A stretch of DNA of 64,000 nt from Gekko japonicus (lineage: Eukaryota): assembly GCF_001447785.1 (NCBI RefSeq), contig NW_015174292.1, positions 777,847-841,846 of the forward strand, in the 5' to 3' direction. A program made the position numbers and the translations under genes. Of the stretch, positions 1 to 12,025 are shown one piece after another. Under the pieces are notes generated by a model that saw only the letters and a list, made by a program, of their open reading frames with translations, did no database searches and was not told the origin of the DNA. Each line of letters opens with the position of its first letter. Position 1 is the stretch's first letter.

Positions 1-24
1 CTGTGGTGTGTGTATATATATTGA

Positions 25-1722
25 GCTTCTAGGATTGGCATTTTAAATAGTTTCCAAGCTTCTCCAATGGTTTTTACCCTTTCTACTTTTCCTTTCAGTT
101 TCTTCCTCACATGTCCCCTCATATCAGAGAAGTTACCCCTTTTAAAGTTAAAAGTGGTTGTGTCAGTCTTTTGGGCCAATTCCCTATTTAGAAGAAGAAG
201 AAGAAGAGATTGTATTTATACCCTGCCCTTCACTACCCAAAGGTGTCTCAGAGCGGCTTACAAACTCCTTTCCCTTCCCCTCCCCACAACAGACACCCTG
301 TGAGGTAGGTGGGGCTCAGAGAGCTCTTGACAGAAACTGCTCTTTTTCAAGAACAGCTCTTATCAGAGCTATGGCTTGCCCAAGGTGCAAGTGGAGGAGT
401 GGGGAATCAAACCCAGTTCTCTCAGATTAGAGTCCACGCACTTAACCACTATACCAAACTGGCTCTTTATATACAAATGTTGAACTCAATAACATTATGG
501 TCACTGTTCCCAAGTGGTGCAATCACTTTTACATCTCTCACCAGGTCTTGGGCATTACTTAGGACCAAATCCAGGATTGTCTCTCCCTGGTAGGTTCTGT
601 GACCATCTGCTCCATAGCACAGTCATTGAGAGTGTCTAGAAACTCAATCTCTTTTTCCCGACTAGAAAACATACTGACCCAATCAATGTGTGGGTAGTTA
701 AAGTCACCTATTACAACACAGGTTTTTTTTGTCTAGCCACTATCTTTAATTCATTCATCGTTTTATAATCCTCCTCTAGCTTTTGATCTGGTGGATGATA
801 ACAAACTTCGAGTGTTAAGTTTTTTTGGGGGCCCACTATTTCAATCCATTACAATTCCAGAAGCGAATCCAATTCTCTTACCCTCTCAGTCTTACTAGAC
901 TCTATACCCTCTCTGACATACAGAGCCACCCCACCTCCACCCCTTCCACCCCTATCCTTCTGATATAATGTATAACCAGGAATCACCGTATCCCACTGAT
1001 TTTCCTCATCCCACCAACTTTCTTAAATACCCACAATGTCTATTTCCCCACCCCATCACCAAGCACTCCAAGTCCCCGATTTTACCTCGGACACTTCTAG
1101 CATTTGTATAGAAACACCTATAATTTCCCATATATGTTAAGCCTGCAACCTTCCTCTTGCTCTCTCAAGACCGTGTCAGGCAGTCCATATCACTCTCTGA
1201 GATGAGCCATCCTGAACCAGAGACTTTTCATCTCCTGTCAGCTATCCCCCAATATTCAGTTTAAAAACTGCTCTGCCACCTTTTTGATTTTAAGCGTCAG
1301 CAGCTGGTTCCTTCTCGGGACAAGTGGAGACCATCTCTCTTGTACAGCTCCCTCTTGTTCCAAAAAGCATCCCAGTGCCTAACAAACTCGAATCCTTCTC
1401 CCCTACACCATCGTCTCATCCACACATTGAGACTCCTGATCTGTGCCTGTTTCTCCGGCCCTGCGTGTGGAACAGGTAGCACTTCTGAGAAGGCTACCTT
1501 GGAGGTCCTGGCCTTGAGCTTCCTGCCCAGCAGCCTAAATTTCTCCTCCAGGACCTCACGACTGCATTTCCTCACATTGTTGGTGCCGACATGCACTATC
1601 TACCAGCCTATCTAACACATGTGTAATGTCTGCTACCTTTGCACCAGGCAGGCAAGTCACCATACGGTCAGTACGCAGTTTCGCCACCCAGCTGTCTATC
1701 TGCCTAAGGATCGAATCACCAA
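25..1722 (-). mobile_element. CR1 LINE fragment: ORF1 SGNH-esterase C-terminal part plus ORF2 AP-endonuclease, decayed and truncated
   Basis: Minus-strand translation gives GDSILR..CLPGAKVADI..HVGTNN..DGLHLSREGT (esterase-type ORF1, frameshifted near 1590), then RCFYTNARSVRGK (~1080-1120), GDFNYPHIDW (~680-710) and LGNSDHNV (~490-515), all typical CR1 endonuclease motifs. A SINE interrupts it at ~190-465. Confidence 0.92.
190..465 (-). mobile_element. tRNA-derived Sauria-type SINE nested in the CR1
   Basis: On the minus strand it reads agagccagtttggtatagtggttaagtgcg (A box) and ggtttgattcccc (B box) and ends in a (TTC)n tail. Similar copies lie at 60405-60680 and 61150-61400. Confidence 0.85.
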
Positions 1723-3164
1723 TTGTATGTGTATGAGGACAAAATACACATGGAAAGGATATGGAGAGAAAATGTGGAACCATGGAATTGGAGTAGGAAC
1801 AGAGGGTCATGAAAGAATGAGAGGGAAATGGCTATACCCAGTGGAGCTGAGATGGAGAGTATATGAATCCCTACCGCACAAGCTGTCCAACTACAGCAGG
1901 TAGCAATGGAAAAATACAACTGGTACTCATTATGCAAAGACTCACCTACCCCTAGGGCGTGTTTCCATATCCCCATTATTTGGTGGTCATAAGATTGACA
2001 TAATTTGCATAATTTAAGATCTGTGAACTTGCGAGTAGGAACCTGTTCAAGTTTATTATTATGTATTGGGATGCTTAGAACATTTTAAAGCACTCTCTGA
2101 ACATCTAAAACATTATAGTTGTTATTAATTCTAGTTCACAAATTGTGAGAGCTGCCTAGATGTATGTCGGCAGATGTTTGGCTGAATTTTGATGTGTGGA
2201 AATAGAAGGAAATCCCTCACAAGATTGACTCACGGAACCTGGCCAATGTCCATTGTATTGTTTCAAGATCTTCATCTTTGCTCCATCCTCTCAATGAAAG
2301 GTTTTGAAGCCAGTCTCGCTAACAGTTGTTGGTCCAATGACAGACATAATCATAGCTTGCTTTTTTCCCCTCTCCCACATGCCAGGCATGTCAGAATGTA
2401 TTCTTTCACAGTGCTCTACTGTAGAATTCATTTTACTACTAACCCCCCAAGTCACTAAGATGTGCAATCAGTCCATGCAGAGGCGATGAGAAAAGACATC
2501 TGTTTTCTCAAGTGCCAAGGCATTATTTTAACCTTTAATTTATATCGTCTGCAAAAACCCATTCAGGAACTGAAACAAGATAAGACAAGTAAGTCTTCAG
2601 CATTCTTTATGTTCTGTTTTGTGCTGCTAGGAAACTCTTTTAAAGGGTGAGGCAGAAGTATTTGCACGTATTTGCTCTGAACCTAACGCAGCCAACACAG
2701 GCCTGAGGCTTTCAGTTTTAAGGTTTCTGTTCAAGCAGTTCACCACTTATCAATGGCAAAGTGAGAAAACAGAACAAACGATTTGTATGGCATGAACCAC
2801 TTTCTGCCTTCATATCCTGAACTCTACTGCAATGGCCTTTTAGAGCTGAAAGGAGAATGACTGGGGGGGGGGATTAAGAGATTTTTTTCTGGGACTTTAA
2901 AATTGAACAGACAATTGAAAGAGAGGCCGATGACACTGCATAACATGAATTTCTTTTTTAAATATTTCTTGCCTTTTTGTCGCTTGGCAGAATACAATAA
3001 ATGAAAATAACAATATAGACAATTTAAACATAATAAAATAACAAAAATCCCAGTCACAGTGAAATGTCAGACAGATCAGGGTCTGGCAGGATAACACTCC
3101 CCAAACCCTGCAAAACAACTCTGTGTAATATACTTGTACCTTTACTACGGCTGAGTGTGGATAG

Positions 3165-3964
3165 GGGTGCGGTCACATGGTCTTTTTGATCGGGGTTCGC
3201 AGCTGTTCTCTCCTGCATTTAAATCTGCCTCCCATGCCAAAGTGGGCTCACTCCCGCAATGTTCTTGGTTCTCTAGCGCATTTTCCTGCACCAGGAAAAT
3301 TAAGTATTTTCCTGGTATTTGTGCTTTGAATGTGTGATTTCGCCCATCTGGACAGCCACCTCTCGCAATGATTACGATTGGGGCCGTCTGACCGTCCTTT
3401 GCACGACGAGGTGTTTTTTTTAACAGCTTCCAGCTGAGCGCTTGAGCAATCCTGTGCTTTAAAAAATCATTATTTAAAACATTCATGTGCTCATCAAGCG
3501 CGGAGAAAGCTTCTGCCTGCCCCACGAAGGAAGCTGCAGTGGGCGGCAGGAGGAGGAATGGAAAGTTGCTGGGGGGGGGGGAGGTGGTCGGGGAAGGAAG
3601 GGCTGGGTGGCCTTGCAGGTGAGTGGGTGGCGGAGTGTGCCCCAGGACTTGAAGCTGCAGTGTTAGGAGGGGAGGGAGAGAGGACCCGGCTTGCCAGCAG
3701 TGTGGAGCCAGGGCTGGTCGGGCAGCAGGAGGCGGCGGGGAAAGTTGCTGGAGGTGGGCAGGGGGAAGGAAGTGCCGGACAGGCTGGCAGGTGAGTGGGC
3801 AGTGGAGAGAGAGGGGCTGGCTGCATCTAGATGGTGCCCAGAGCCTCGTCGCTCAATGTTTCCGGTTCAGGGAGGGATATGTGATCATCCCAACCCAAAG
3901 AAAAATATTCCCGATTAAATTATACCGGGAACAAATCACAATTTCCTGCCATGTGACCACGTCC
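3165..3964. mobile_element. Non-autonomous DNA transposon (MITE), PIF/Harbinger-like
   Basis: TIRs gggtgcggtcacatgg / ccatgtgaccacgtcc (13/16 match), with a 3-bp TSD TAG at 3162-3164 and 3965-3967. The interior is G-rich and low-complexity. The superfamily is inferred from TSD length. Confidence 0.75.
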
Positions 3965-5634
3965 TAGATGGTACCACCAGCAGGGCCTGTGGAGCAGATC
4001 TTAACTGGCTCATGATCATATATGGGAACAGGTGGGCCAAAGCAAGACCACCTTATCTTTCATTAATAGCACTGGATGCAGACCTGTTGAAGAATTTAGG
4101 ATTTAGCTATTAAAGTCATACATGCTATAAAGAAATGTGCCCTTGCATAACTAAATCTTACCAAAAGGTACATATTAGAGCCTTGATTTCATTTTTAGAA
4201 AAGCAGTTTCAGATGAGGCAACTGAAAGCAGGGGAAACATGAAGCACCTTATCCTTTTCCCACCCACCATTTCCCTGTTCAAACAACCATCAATGTCTCT
4301 TTTCATGCTGTGGGGTTTGTACCAAATGCTGAAATCCCTCCAAGGGAAAACCCAACGAGGGGTGTGTGTGACTTTGACTGGAAAATGGTGGATGGCAAAA
4401 AAAACCTAAATCAAAACTATCCCTCCTCCACAACGTCTACCCTCTCAAGACCCCACAGCTCCTTTCCTAAAAAAATAAAAACAACTCTGCAGCTCTAACA
4501 TGCACATTTGCACTTAACCTCAATATACTACTCACTGATAAGGATCTTTGGTGTCCCTTGTAGTCATGGTGGGATGGATCTTACCCTTATCCTACTGCTG
4601 CACTAAGCAAAGTTTGAAGTCTTCCTCCAACCTAATGGAATTCCTTCAACCTTCTCCATTAGAGAGAGAGCCAGTTACATTGGAAGAAGGCTCCTTGGAG
4701 GATGACTGGATCCACCCCAATGTCTCTGCACTTACAGAACATTTAGTAAAATCTTTTCTTAAAGCAGAGTACCTGCAGCTTTGTCGCCAAATCTTAATAA
4801 AAGAACAAGGTGTTTGACATTAAAAAATTGTATCAGTCACAATTTTATGTCTGGGGCAACAGCAGGACATGCATACATATGAACAAGCACATTCAACAAT
4901 AACAAATCCTTGGTGTTTCAGATGGTCTCAGTGTTTACTGCACTTCTGTTCTATAAGCAGGATTTGTATGGAAGGCGGACACAACAAAGGGATAATTGTA
5001 GGTAGAGAGGCCACACCTAATGCAAAGTACTGAGACAAAAATGGTAGGGGAAGAGCTGGAAAGTATCTGGAACAAATGGGAAAGGATTACAAGTGATCCT
5101 AGTTGCCACTTACTAGGGAGTGCTGCCGGGAAGGGTCACAAGTGAGCTTCACTGGTGGCCAAAGGAAGAAAGAGCTTCACTGGCCTTAAACACAGCTCTT
5201 TATTGTCTATTGTACTTCTGGACTCTAAAGTTATCTTTACTAGTTGCCTTCTGCCTGTGACTAAATCTCTGCCTGATTATAGGCTCAGTCTTTGTCTGAT
5301 GTTAACACCAATTAAGATAACATAAAAGAGAAATAAGAATATCAACTTCTTGGTGGCCGCATCCACACATCATTGATCATATTGTGAAATATAGCCAACA
5401 GAAATCTCTGGCAACTCTTTTTCTCTTTGTATACAAGACAATACAGGAGGCAAATGATTACTGAAGTGTGACCATAGCTCAATATCCAATGCTGTGTGGA
5501 TGCACCCTGGGTAGTCATGGCCTTTTTTTTTTTTTTTTTTTGGAAAAGGCTGCCTTTGAAAATGCTTTGAAGTTTTGTCTAGTGCAAAAGGAAGCAACAA
5601 GGCTGTCTTAGTAAGACAGATGTGCTTGATAGTC

Positions 5635-6136
5635 ACCGCAAATTGCCAGATCTGAAAGAGATCCACCGACTTCCAGTTAGTTTTCATGACCAACTCAGAG
5701 TGATGATTATTATCTTGAAAAGCCCAGGACTAGGGTATCTAAAGGACAGCATGCTCTTGTATGAGCTTACCCTTTATTTGAGATCTACCAGGGATGTCTT
5801 GCTTCAGGTGCTTCTACCATGAGTGGCTTGTTTCTGGAATTCCCTTTCCACAGCAGCTCATCTAGCGTGAAGCTTAGCCACCAAGCAAGTCTTTCTTGTA
5901 TACTGGTGCTTTTGATTAATTTGCTTTTCCTCTCTGTCCTTGATTGTTTAGCTGGTTTTTATATTCTTATTTGCTAATTTGGTTTTATTGCTATGTTGAC
6001 TTTCATTGGTGGCTTGACATTATATGGATGATTTCAGTGTGGTTTTTTTTGTTTTAAAATCAGATTTTATAGTTGTAAACAACCTCATGAGCAACCTATC
6101 GTGATGGGAATTACACAATAAACAAATAAATAATAA
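5635..6136 (+). mobile_element. Old L2-like LINE 3' fragment
   Basis: The degenerate LK.IHRLPV..LRVMIII.K..GLGYLKD motif matches the younger L2 copies in this window. It ends in an (AAAT)n-like tail at ~6118-6136. Confidence 0.6.
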
Positions 6137-6959
6137 ACAGATGACCTTGACTAGGAATTGTAGTGTAGGAAGTGTGGAAAACCCAAATACTGGATCAAAT
6201 TTCATTTAAATAAACCAATATCTATTTCTTTCTAAGTAAGCTAACCAGCAGTCAGTCCATGATACTAGGATCTGAATACTGAAGCATGTAATAAAGTGGT
6301 TTAAATACGTTACAGAGCCAAAAACTGAGATGCTTCCCTTGCAAAATACACTTTCTGCAGATACAAACATTGCTCCCAATCAACATTTGAACATGCATTT
6401 GGTCTTGAATTCTTGACCTGGTGACTTTGGGTTATGTTAGACAAGGCCTTAACCTGTGCACCACCGTACAATGTTGGTCTAAGATACTTTGTTTTAGCTA
6501 GGCCTATTCATACGTTTGCCAGTAACTTTGAGGAAAAAAATGTCTTGCCCCTTTGGCTGATGTTTAATGGAACATTATTTACCAGATGATGTTATTTACC
6601 TCTGAGCCATGAAAAGTGTCAGCTGTCACTTTCCATACATTAGTCCTATGTTGAAGGGGCTATACATTTTTTCTCCAGGTTGTTGGTAACCCTACCTTTT
6701 CAATGGTCTATGGAGTTAGTAGACCTATGCTTTCTGTCTTCAGATAGCATCTCCCTTCACCCTCAGCAACAGAGTTGGCTATGAAACTTTCTGGACCACC
6801 AAGTTTATCATCACCCCACTGCAAATTTTGCAACCAACCCATGCCCACTGGGAGAAAAAAAATCTTACAGTTCTTCCCTAAGCAGCATATGTTTATATGC
6901 TTCCTCTTTCCAACACAGTTCCTAGACCCTAATCCTTAACATGAGAGGAAAGGTAGTAT

Positions 6960-7140
6960 GGTATAGCCTGATCTCATCAGCTCTTGGAAGCTAAGCAGGG
7001 TTGGTACTTAGATGAAAACTCTGCAAAGGAAGCCTATAGCAAGACACCTCTGCTTCTCACTTGCCTTGAAATCCCCTTGCTGGGGTTGGCATAAGTTGGC
7101 ACGTATGTACATATGTACGTACGTATGTACGTACATACAG
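6960..7140 (+). mobile_element. 5S rRNA-derived SINE (SINE3 / 5S-Sauria-like), decayed
   Basis: gcctgatctcatcagctcttggaagctaagcagggttggtacttagatg resembles the internal region of 5S rRNA. It is followed by an RTE-type body (cttgccttgaaa..ccc..ggggt..cataagt) and a (TACG/TACA)n tail. Confidence 0.75.
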
Positions 7141-7756
7141 AACTTTCTACATAATGGCTGCTTCACATCCATACAGACATCTATACATTAAATCCAAATT
7201 GGAAAGTACAGGTTTGTCATGTTCTATGTAATCAGTAAATATTCAGAGAAACTAACTGAATACAATAGTTACATTTTGCTTTAAAATACTCATTAAAATA
7301 TTTTATGGAAATGGATGGATTGGTGGTTCTGACTCCCCTCCCTTGCTGGCTTTGAGGCTTTAATAGGCATTCAGTTTAATATCCTCAGGGGAACTTCTTC
7401 TGGGTTGTTTAGTTTCTCACGTTAGAACTTGTGTCTTTGGGTGGAGTTACTCCATTTATGTTTCAATGGTCTAAAATAATGGCAGGTATCAGCTATGTTA
7501 ACTACCGCAATAAATTATCCACTTCTTGTGCAAACAAGCAATTATTTGAGAGGCCATTTGAAGCCCCTGCATTTTGAGGAGGGGAGAAAATGATAGCACT
7601 GAAAAGTTTTTTGTGTATTTTGCCTGCTGAGTTTATCATACATCATAAATTCTTGAATCAAAAAGGAGCAGAGTTAGCTTATTTCTTTAGCATCTTCAGT
7701 TTCATATCTGCTGCTGCTATTATCATGACTTTTAAAAAGTCAGCATTATGATTTGA

Positions 7757-7950
7757 TTTCAGAGGGCAGCCATGTTAATCTGCAGTAGAAGAGCTAGATT
7801 TCAGAGCAGTAGCATCTTAGAGACTGACAAGATTTTTGGGTTATAAACTTTTGAGAGTCAAATCTTCATCAGACACCAGATTTCTGATGAATCTCAAAAG
7901 CTTCTACCCTGAAAAACCTGTTGGTCTCTAAGGTGCTAGTGAACTCTAAC
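7757..7950. mobile_element. Penelope-like terminal fragments in inverted arrangement
   Basis: agtagcatcttagagactgacaagatttttgggttataaacttttgagagtc is mirrored by tctcaaaagcttctaccctgaaaaacctgttggtctctaaggtgctagt. Inverted ends are characteristic of Penelope-like elements, and the family call is from recall. Confidence 0.7.
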
Positions 7951-8203
7951 TACGATGTGGATTATTCTTAATAATAAATACATGGCGGATTTTGTTAGGG
8001 CACAGGGATACTGATAACAAGTATTTCACCAGCAGAAGTCAATAAAAGGCCTCCATTCCAGAAGTAGAGAGAGACCCCATGAATAAATAGTCATGGAGCA
8101 ACAGTGGCAGTTGCAGAAGAGTAGAGTTTGACATCAACACTACCTTTGTGAAGTATTCACATAACTCTGTGTTGGCACTATGAAGGCGAATACACATCAC
8201 CAT

Positions 8204-8409
8204 CAGTGCTCCCTCTAAGCTGTGGAGTCTTGTGAGCAAAAATTCTACTTTGTGAGCTACTGTCGTGAAAGATGTGAGCGAGCAATTTGGCTACTGCATA
8301 AATTAGTCTGCTCTGGAGCCATCCTTCCAGAGCTAAGACAAAAATGTGTGAGCTGGAGGCTAAAAATCTGTGAGCTAGCTCGCACTAACTCAGCCTAGAG
8401 GGAACACTG
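8204..8409 (+). mobile_element. hAT MITE, 206 bp, copy 1
   Basis: TIRs cagtgctccctctaagctg / cagcctagagggaacactg, with a perfect 8-bp TSD ATCACCAT at 8196-8203 and 8410-8417. Confidence 0.95.
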
Positions 8410-8735
8410 ATCACCATAAATAAAGTTTCTGAGTCCATTCAGAAAGAAAACTAATGGACTTCTTATTCTCTTTACTTTTCCATTTCTGATCCTTTCCCGC
8501 AATTGTTTTTGTTCTTCACCGGGTTGGACCAAGGTAAGTTTCCATTTGTGAAGGGGATGGTTTTTGCCTATTTCCTCCTGTCGTCAGAGACTCCCAGTTT
8601 ACCCCTCATGCTGTCTCCTGTCCTTCAAGAGCAGAATTTGTGGAGCTCAGTACGCTGCAGTGAGAGGGGAGAGCCCAGATAATTTTGTTTTGTTGATGTA
8701 AGTCTCTTTAGTGGAAACTGAACTTTGGATCCAAC

Positions 8736-8941
8736 CAGTGTTCCCTCTAAGCTGAGTTAGTGTGAGCTAGCTCACAGTTTTTTAGCCTCCGGCTCACACA
8801 TTTTTGTCTTAGCTCAGGGAGGATGCCTCCAGAGCAAACTGATTTATGCAGTAGCCAAATCACTCGCTCACAACTTGAATGCCAGTAGCTCACCAAGTAG
8901 AATTTTTGCTCACAGAACTCTATAGCTTAGAGGGAGCGTTG
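8736..8941 (-). mobile_element. hAT MITE, 206 bp, copy 2 (same family, opposite orientation)
   Basis: Reverse complement of 8204-8409 over its full length, with a perfect 8-bp TSD GATCCAAC at 8728-8735 and 8942-8949. Confidence 0.95.
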
Positions 8942-9173
8942 GATCCAACTCGTAGTCTTCATTTTCTTTATATCTTATTTTGTGTTTCTCTGCTTCATCT
9001 CTTGCTGCTATTATCCTTCCCTTTCTAATGCATGTATCTAACTTCTCACACTTTTGGTATGATTTCTCCCATAGTGAAGACATTTTCTCTTGATCCACTT
9101 TCTTTTGGACTTTGATCCACTTTCCTCTTTTCACCCGAAATGTTTTTAAGTGCCTTGTTCATTTTCGTTCTTT

Positions 9174-9699
9174 GGCTGCAGTCACACAGAACAGTAGCCA
9201 CACTAGAGAGATGGAAGATAAGTGGATTTTCCGGGCGCGATCTCACCGCCACATCTGGGAAGAGTAGAGCTCCCGTGCCACAACCGAGGCTTCCCTCCGA
9301 AGATGCGCGGCAAAAAACTAGTACCTCAGAGGTACTAGTTTCCGGAAACTGTGGGGCAAGGGCGGGTGTCTGATCGGGTTTCCGGTGGCATCTGGCACCC
9401 CCTCATGTCCCCTCGCAAACAGGTCATTTCCCCCCTCCCAAGACTCCACTGATGCTCACAAGCACCCAACGGAGCATGTGCACACTTCAGTTTAAAAAAG
9501 TAAAAAAAACAACAACAACAACCCCGTTTGCTGCCCCGCCCTACTTCTTTGCCTGTGGTGTGATCGGCACCTCCCCCCTAGCCACGGGACCTTGACGGAA
9601 CCTCAACTGGATGTCTGATCTCACAGTCGTGCGTTAGTTTACCCCAGGGCAAACAGCCACGCTTCCCCCACGCATTTTCCAGCCTGTGTGACCGGGGCC
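9174..9699. mobile_element. MITE with GG..GTCACA TIRs (Harbinger-like, related in TIR to 3165-3964)
   Basis: TIRs ggctgcagtcacacag / ctgtgtgaccggggcc, CpG-rich relative to the flanks, with an internal palindrome aaactagtacctc-a-gaggtactagttt at ~9315-9341. The TSD is not clean. Confidence 0.7.
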
Positions 9700-11310
9700 T
9701 GTGTTTTCTTTCCACTAACTTGCTTGTAACTCTCTTTCAATCCAGTATTTTTTAATCATTCTGAGCATTCTTTTTCTTTTCTCTTCATAGCAGTTCTGGG
9801 GTAGTCCTTCCATTAGTAAGAGTTCTTGTCTTGGTTATTCTGCTTTACCCCTCTTCATTCTTTTAGTCTGATTTAGTTATTTAGTTTGTTATTTAGCTAG
9901 AACCTCTGACTGCCAGACAATCTTAGGATCTCCTGGCTATACTACACACAAGGCCATACAATAATTATTATTAGTTATTATTTTAATATTCATCATCACT
10001 TCTGTGCTGATAGCCCACAGTTCTTACTTTTTACTGATCTATCTTCATTTTCCCCATCTAGATAATGTTGCTATTTTTGATTAGACATCTTATCATTATT
10101 TTAAGCTCAAAATGTATCTGTAATTGAGCAACTTAACTATCTTCTTTCTGGTTTTGTACCTTATTTCCCTTTTATAATTTCTATTAATTGGATATAAAGA
10201 TCTCTCTGTGGAGAAATGGAGAATCTACAAAACATGACTGACAATTCACAGCAGGAAAGGAATGGTGGCAATGGCAAGAATGGTCATAAAGATGGGATGA
10301 TATACAATACCTGTTAAAAGGACATTTTGTAGGAGGACCTCAAAGCCATGGGACCCCATTGTCTTCATTCTTATTCCCTGTATATGCAAGAACAATCCAT
10401 GCAATTGATGAGGAATGAATAACATGACAAAAATCTTTGATGGAAGCCTGATTAATAGGATATATATCTACATACCCATGACATGAAGTCCATCAGTGTA
10501 AAAAGGATCTGTCTCACATGTGTAAGCAATCCTAAGTAGGTCTACTCAGAAGGAAGTCCCATACTTCAATAGGGATTCCTCCCAGGAAAGTGTTCCTAGG
10601 ATTGCAGCCATGCTGTCTAACAACATCAAATAAAATTCTGAAAACAACCTAAATTCCACATTTGATTCTCATACCAGTTGCATTATTGAATTCAACAAAT
10701 GCTATACCAAATTTATGTATCTGTCCATTATATTCTTAACCATACACAGTTTTGACATAAAAAATAATGGGTGCCACAATCCCATATATAAACTATGGAC
10801 ACTATGTACATTTTCTTTAATCTCTTTTCAGACAACAAAGCATCACAAAAGACTTCAGCTACTCTGGGTGCTCTGTGGATTAATTTTTACAAGGGAGAAG
10901 TCAAATGGCTTGTGGCAGATTAGCAGTTTAATTAAACATCTTCAACAAGTGCAGTTCGAAAATTTAATGAGCTTTGCATTTTAAAGGTTTGTGTTCCAGG
11001 TATGGTCCGTGGTATTTGTTTGGCAGAAGATGTAAAAGCTGAAAACAGATCGGGCTTTGTGGTTTTCCTTCAAAATGTCAGTCTATATAATTTAACATAA
11101 TGAGTGTATGGCAAAGCAAAAGAGAACACATAAATATTTACAGGTGATCTACCATGGAAAAAAATGACAGTTGAATTTGTTCTTGAAATAAAGTCATTGG
11201 GACACACCCTTCCCTCTGTGAGCCAGGCCAGCTAAAATAGTCTTAAACCAGAGTCTGAAACCTCTTGCTTACTGTGTAGAAATGATTTGGTTACTTCTCA
11301 TACCAGCCTC

Positions 11311-12025
11311 TGTCACAGCACCAAGAAGCAAAAAGAAAGAATACATATATACTGTCTTATATTGTGGGGCAATCTGTTTTTTAAATAAATAACCCAAAAT
11401 CCAAGAAAAACATACTGGGGTTTATTAACCACAGCAAAGTAACTAATCATAAACAGCTGACCTCTGGCTTCTGCTAAGGAGCTGAGTAGGCATATACACA
11501 AATATTATCTTTCGTGTTGACATGATATCTGGTGTGATCAGATGAGCACTTTGATCCATTGTTGTTGCTCCTCCCAAATGGATTTGAAGTGCTAGATTAG
11601 ACAGTAACCTCTGGCTCCTGTCCTGCAGTTGTCAGCCTCCCTTGCTCACCCCTGACTTTCCCAACACCACAGAAAGTCCGGTCTTTACAGATCCTACAAG
11701 TTTCACAGCGCTTCTGAGGATGTTTGATGGCTCTCTTGTGGGATGAAGCCTTTTGGGAAGTCAGATAGCTCACTTCCTGTTTCTCTGCCATTTCCCCCCT
11801 TGATTTACCAATGTGCGCATAAGTGGCTATGTGCTGCCAAGCGGGGCCTACACGTTTCATTGCCCCCCTCTCCCCGCCCACTCCATTCACCCCTCTCTCC
11901 CCCAGCTGAACCAGAGAGAGCCCCCTCCTCCCTCTGGAGCTACCACCTCGCCTGTCCCTTCCCTGAACTAAGGTGGCTGTGTCTGTGAGGCAGTTAGCAA
12001 GGTACACATAAATGCATTTTCTCAC
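11311..12025 (-). mobile_element. Putative solo LTR
   Basis: TG...CA termini (tgtcacag / tctcaca) and a minus-strand AATAAA at ~11421-11426. No unambiguous TSD. Confidence 0.35.

Noticed and set aside
2228-2320. Minus-strand exon candidate RDWLQNLSLRGWSKDEDLETIQWTLARF ending at a gtgagt donor
   Set aside because: The acceptor lacks a polypyrimidine tract and the peptide is not recognised.
3540-3830. G-rich tract as a functional G-quadruplex or CpG-island promoter
   Set aside because: It lies wholly within a TIR/TSD-bounded MITE, with no evidence of host function.
6960-7030. 5S rRNA gene (also ~35000-35075)
   Set aside because: Partial and diverged, with no terminator, and fused to a SINE body.
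8950-10200. Old minus-strand LINE ORF2 remnant under the MITEs (a similar hint at 35700-36030)
   Set aside because: Only purine bias and vague motifs, so no family can be supported.
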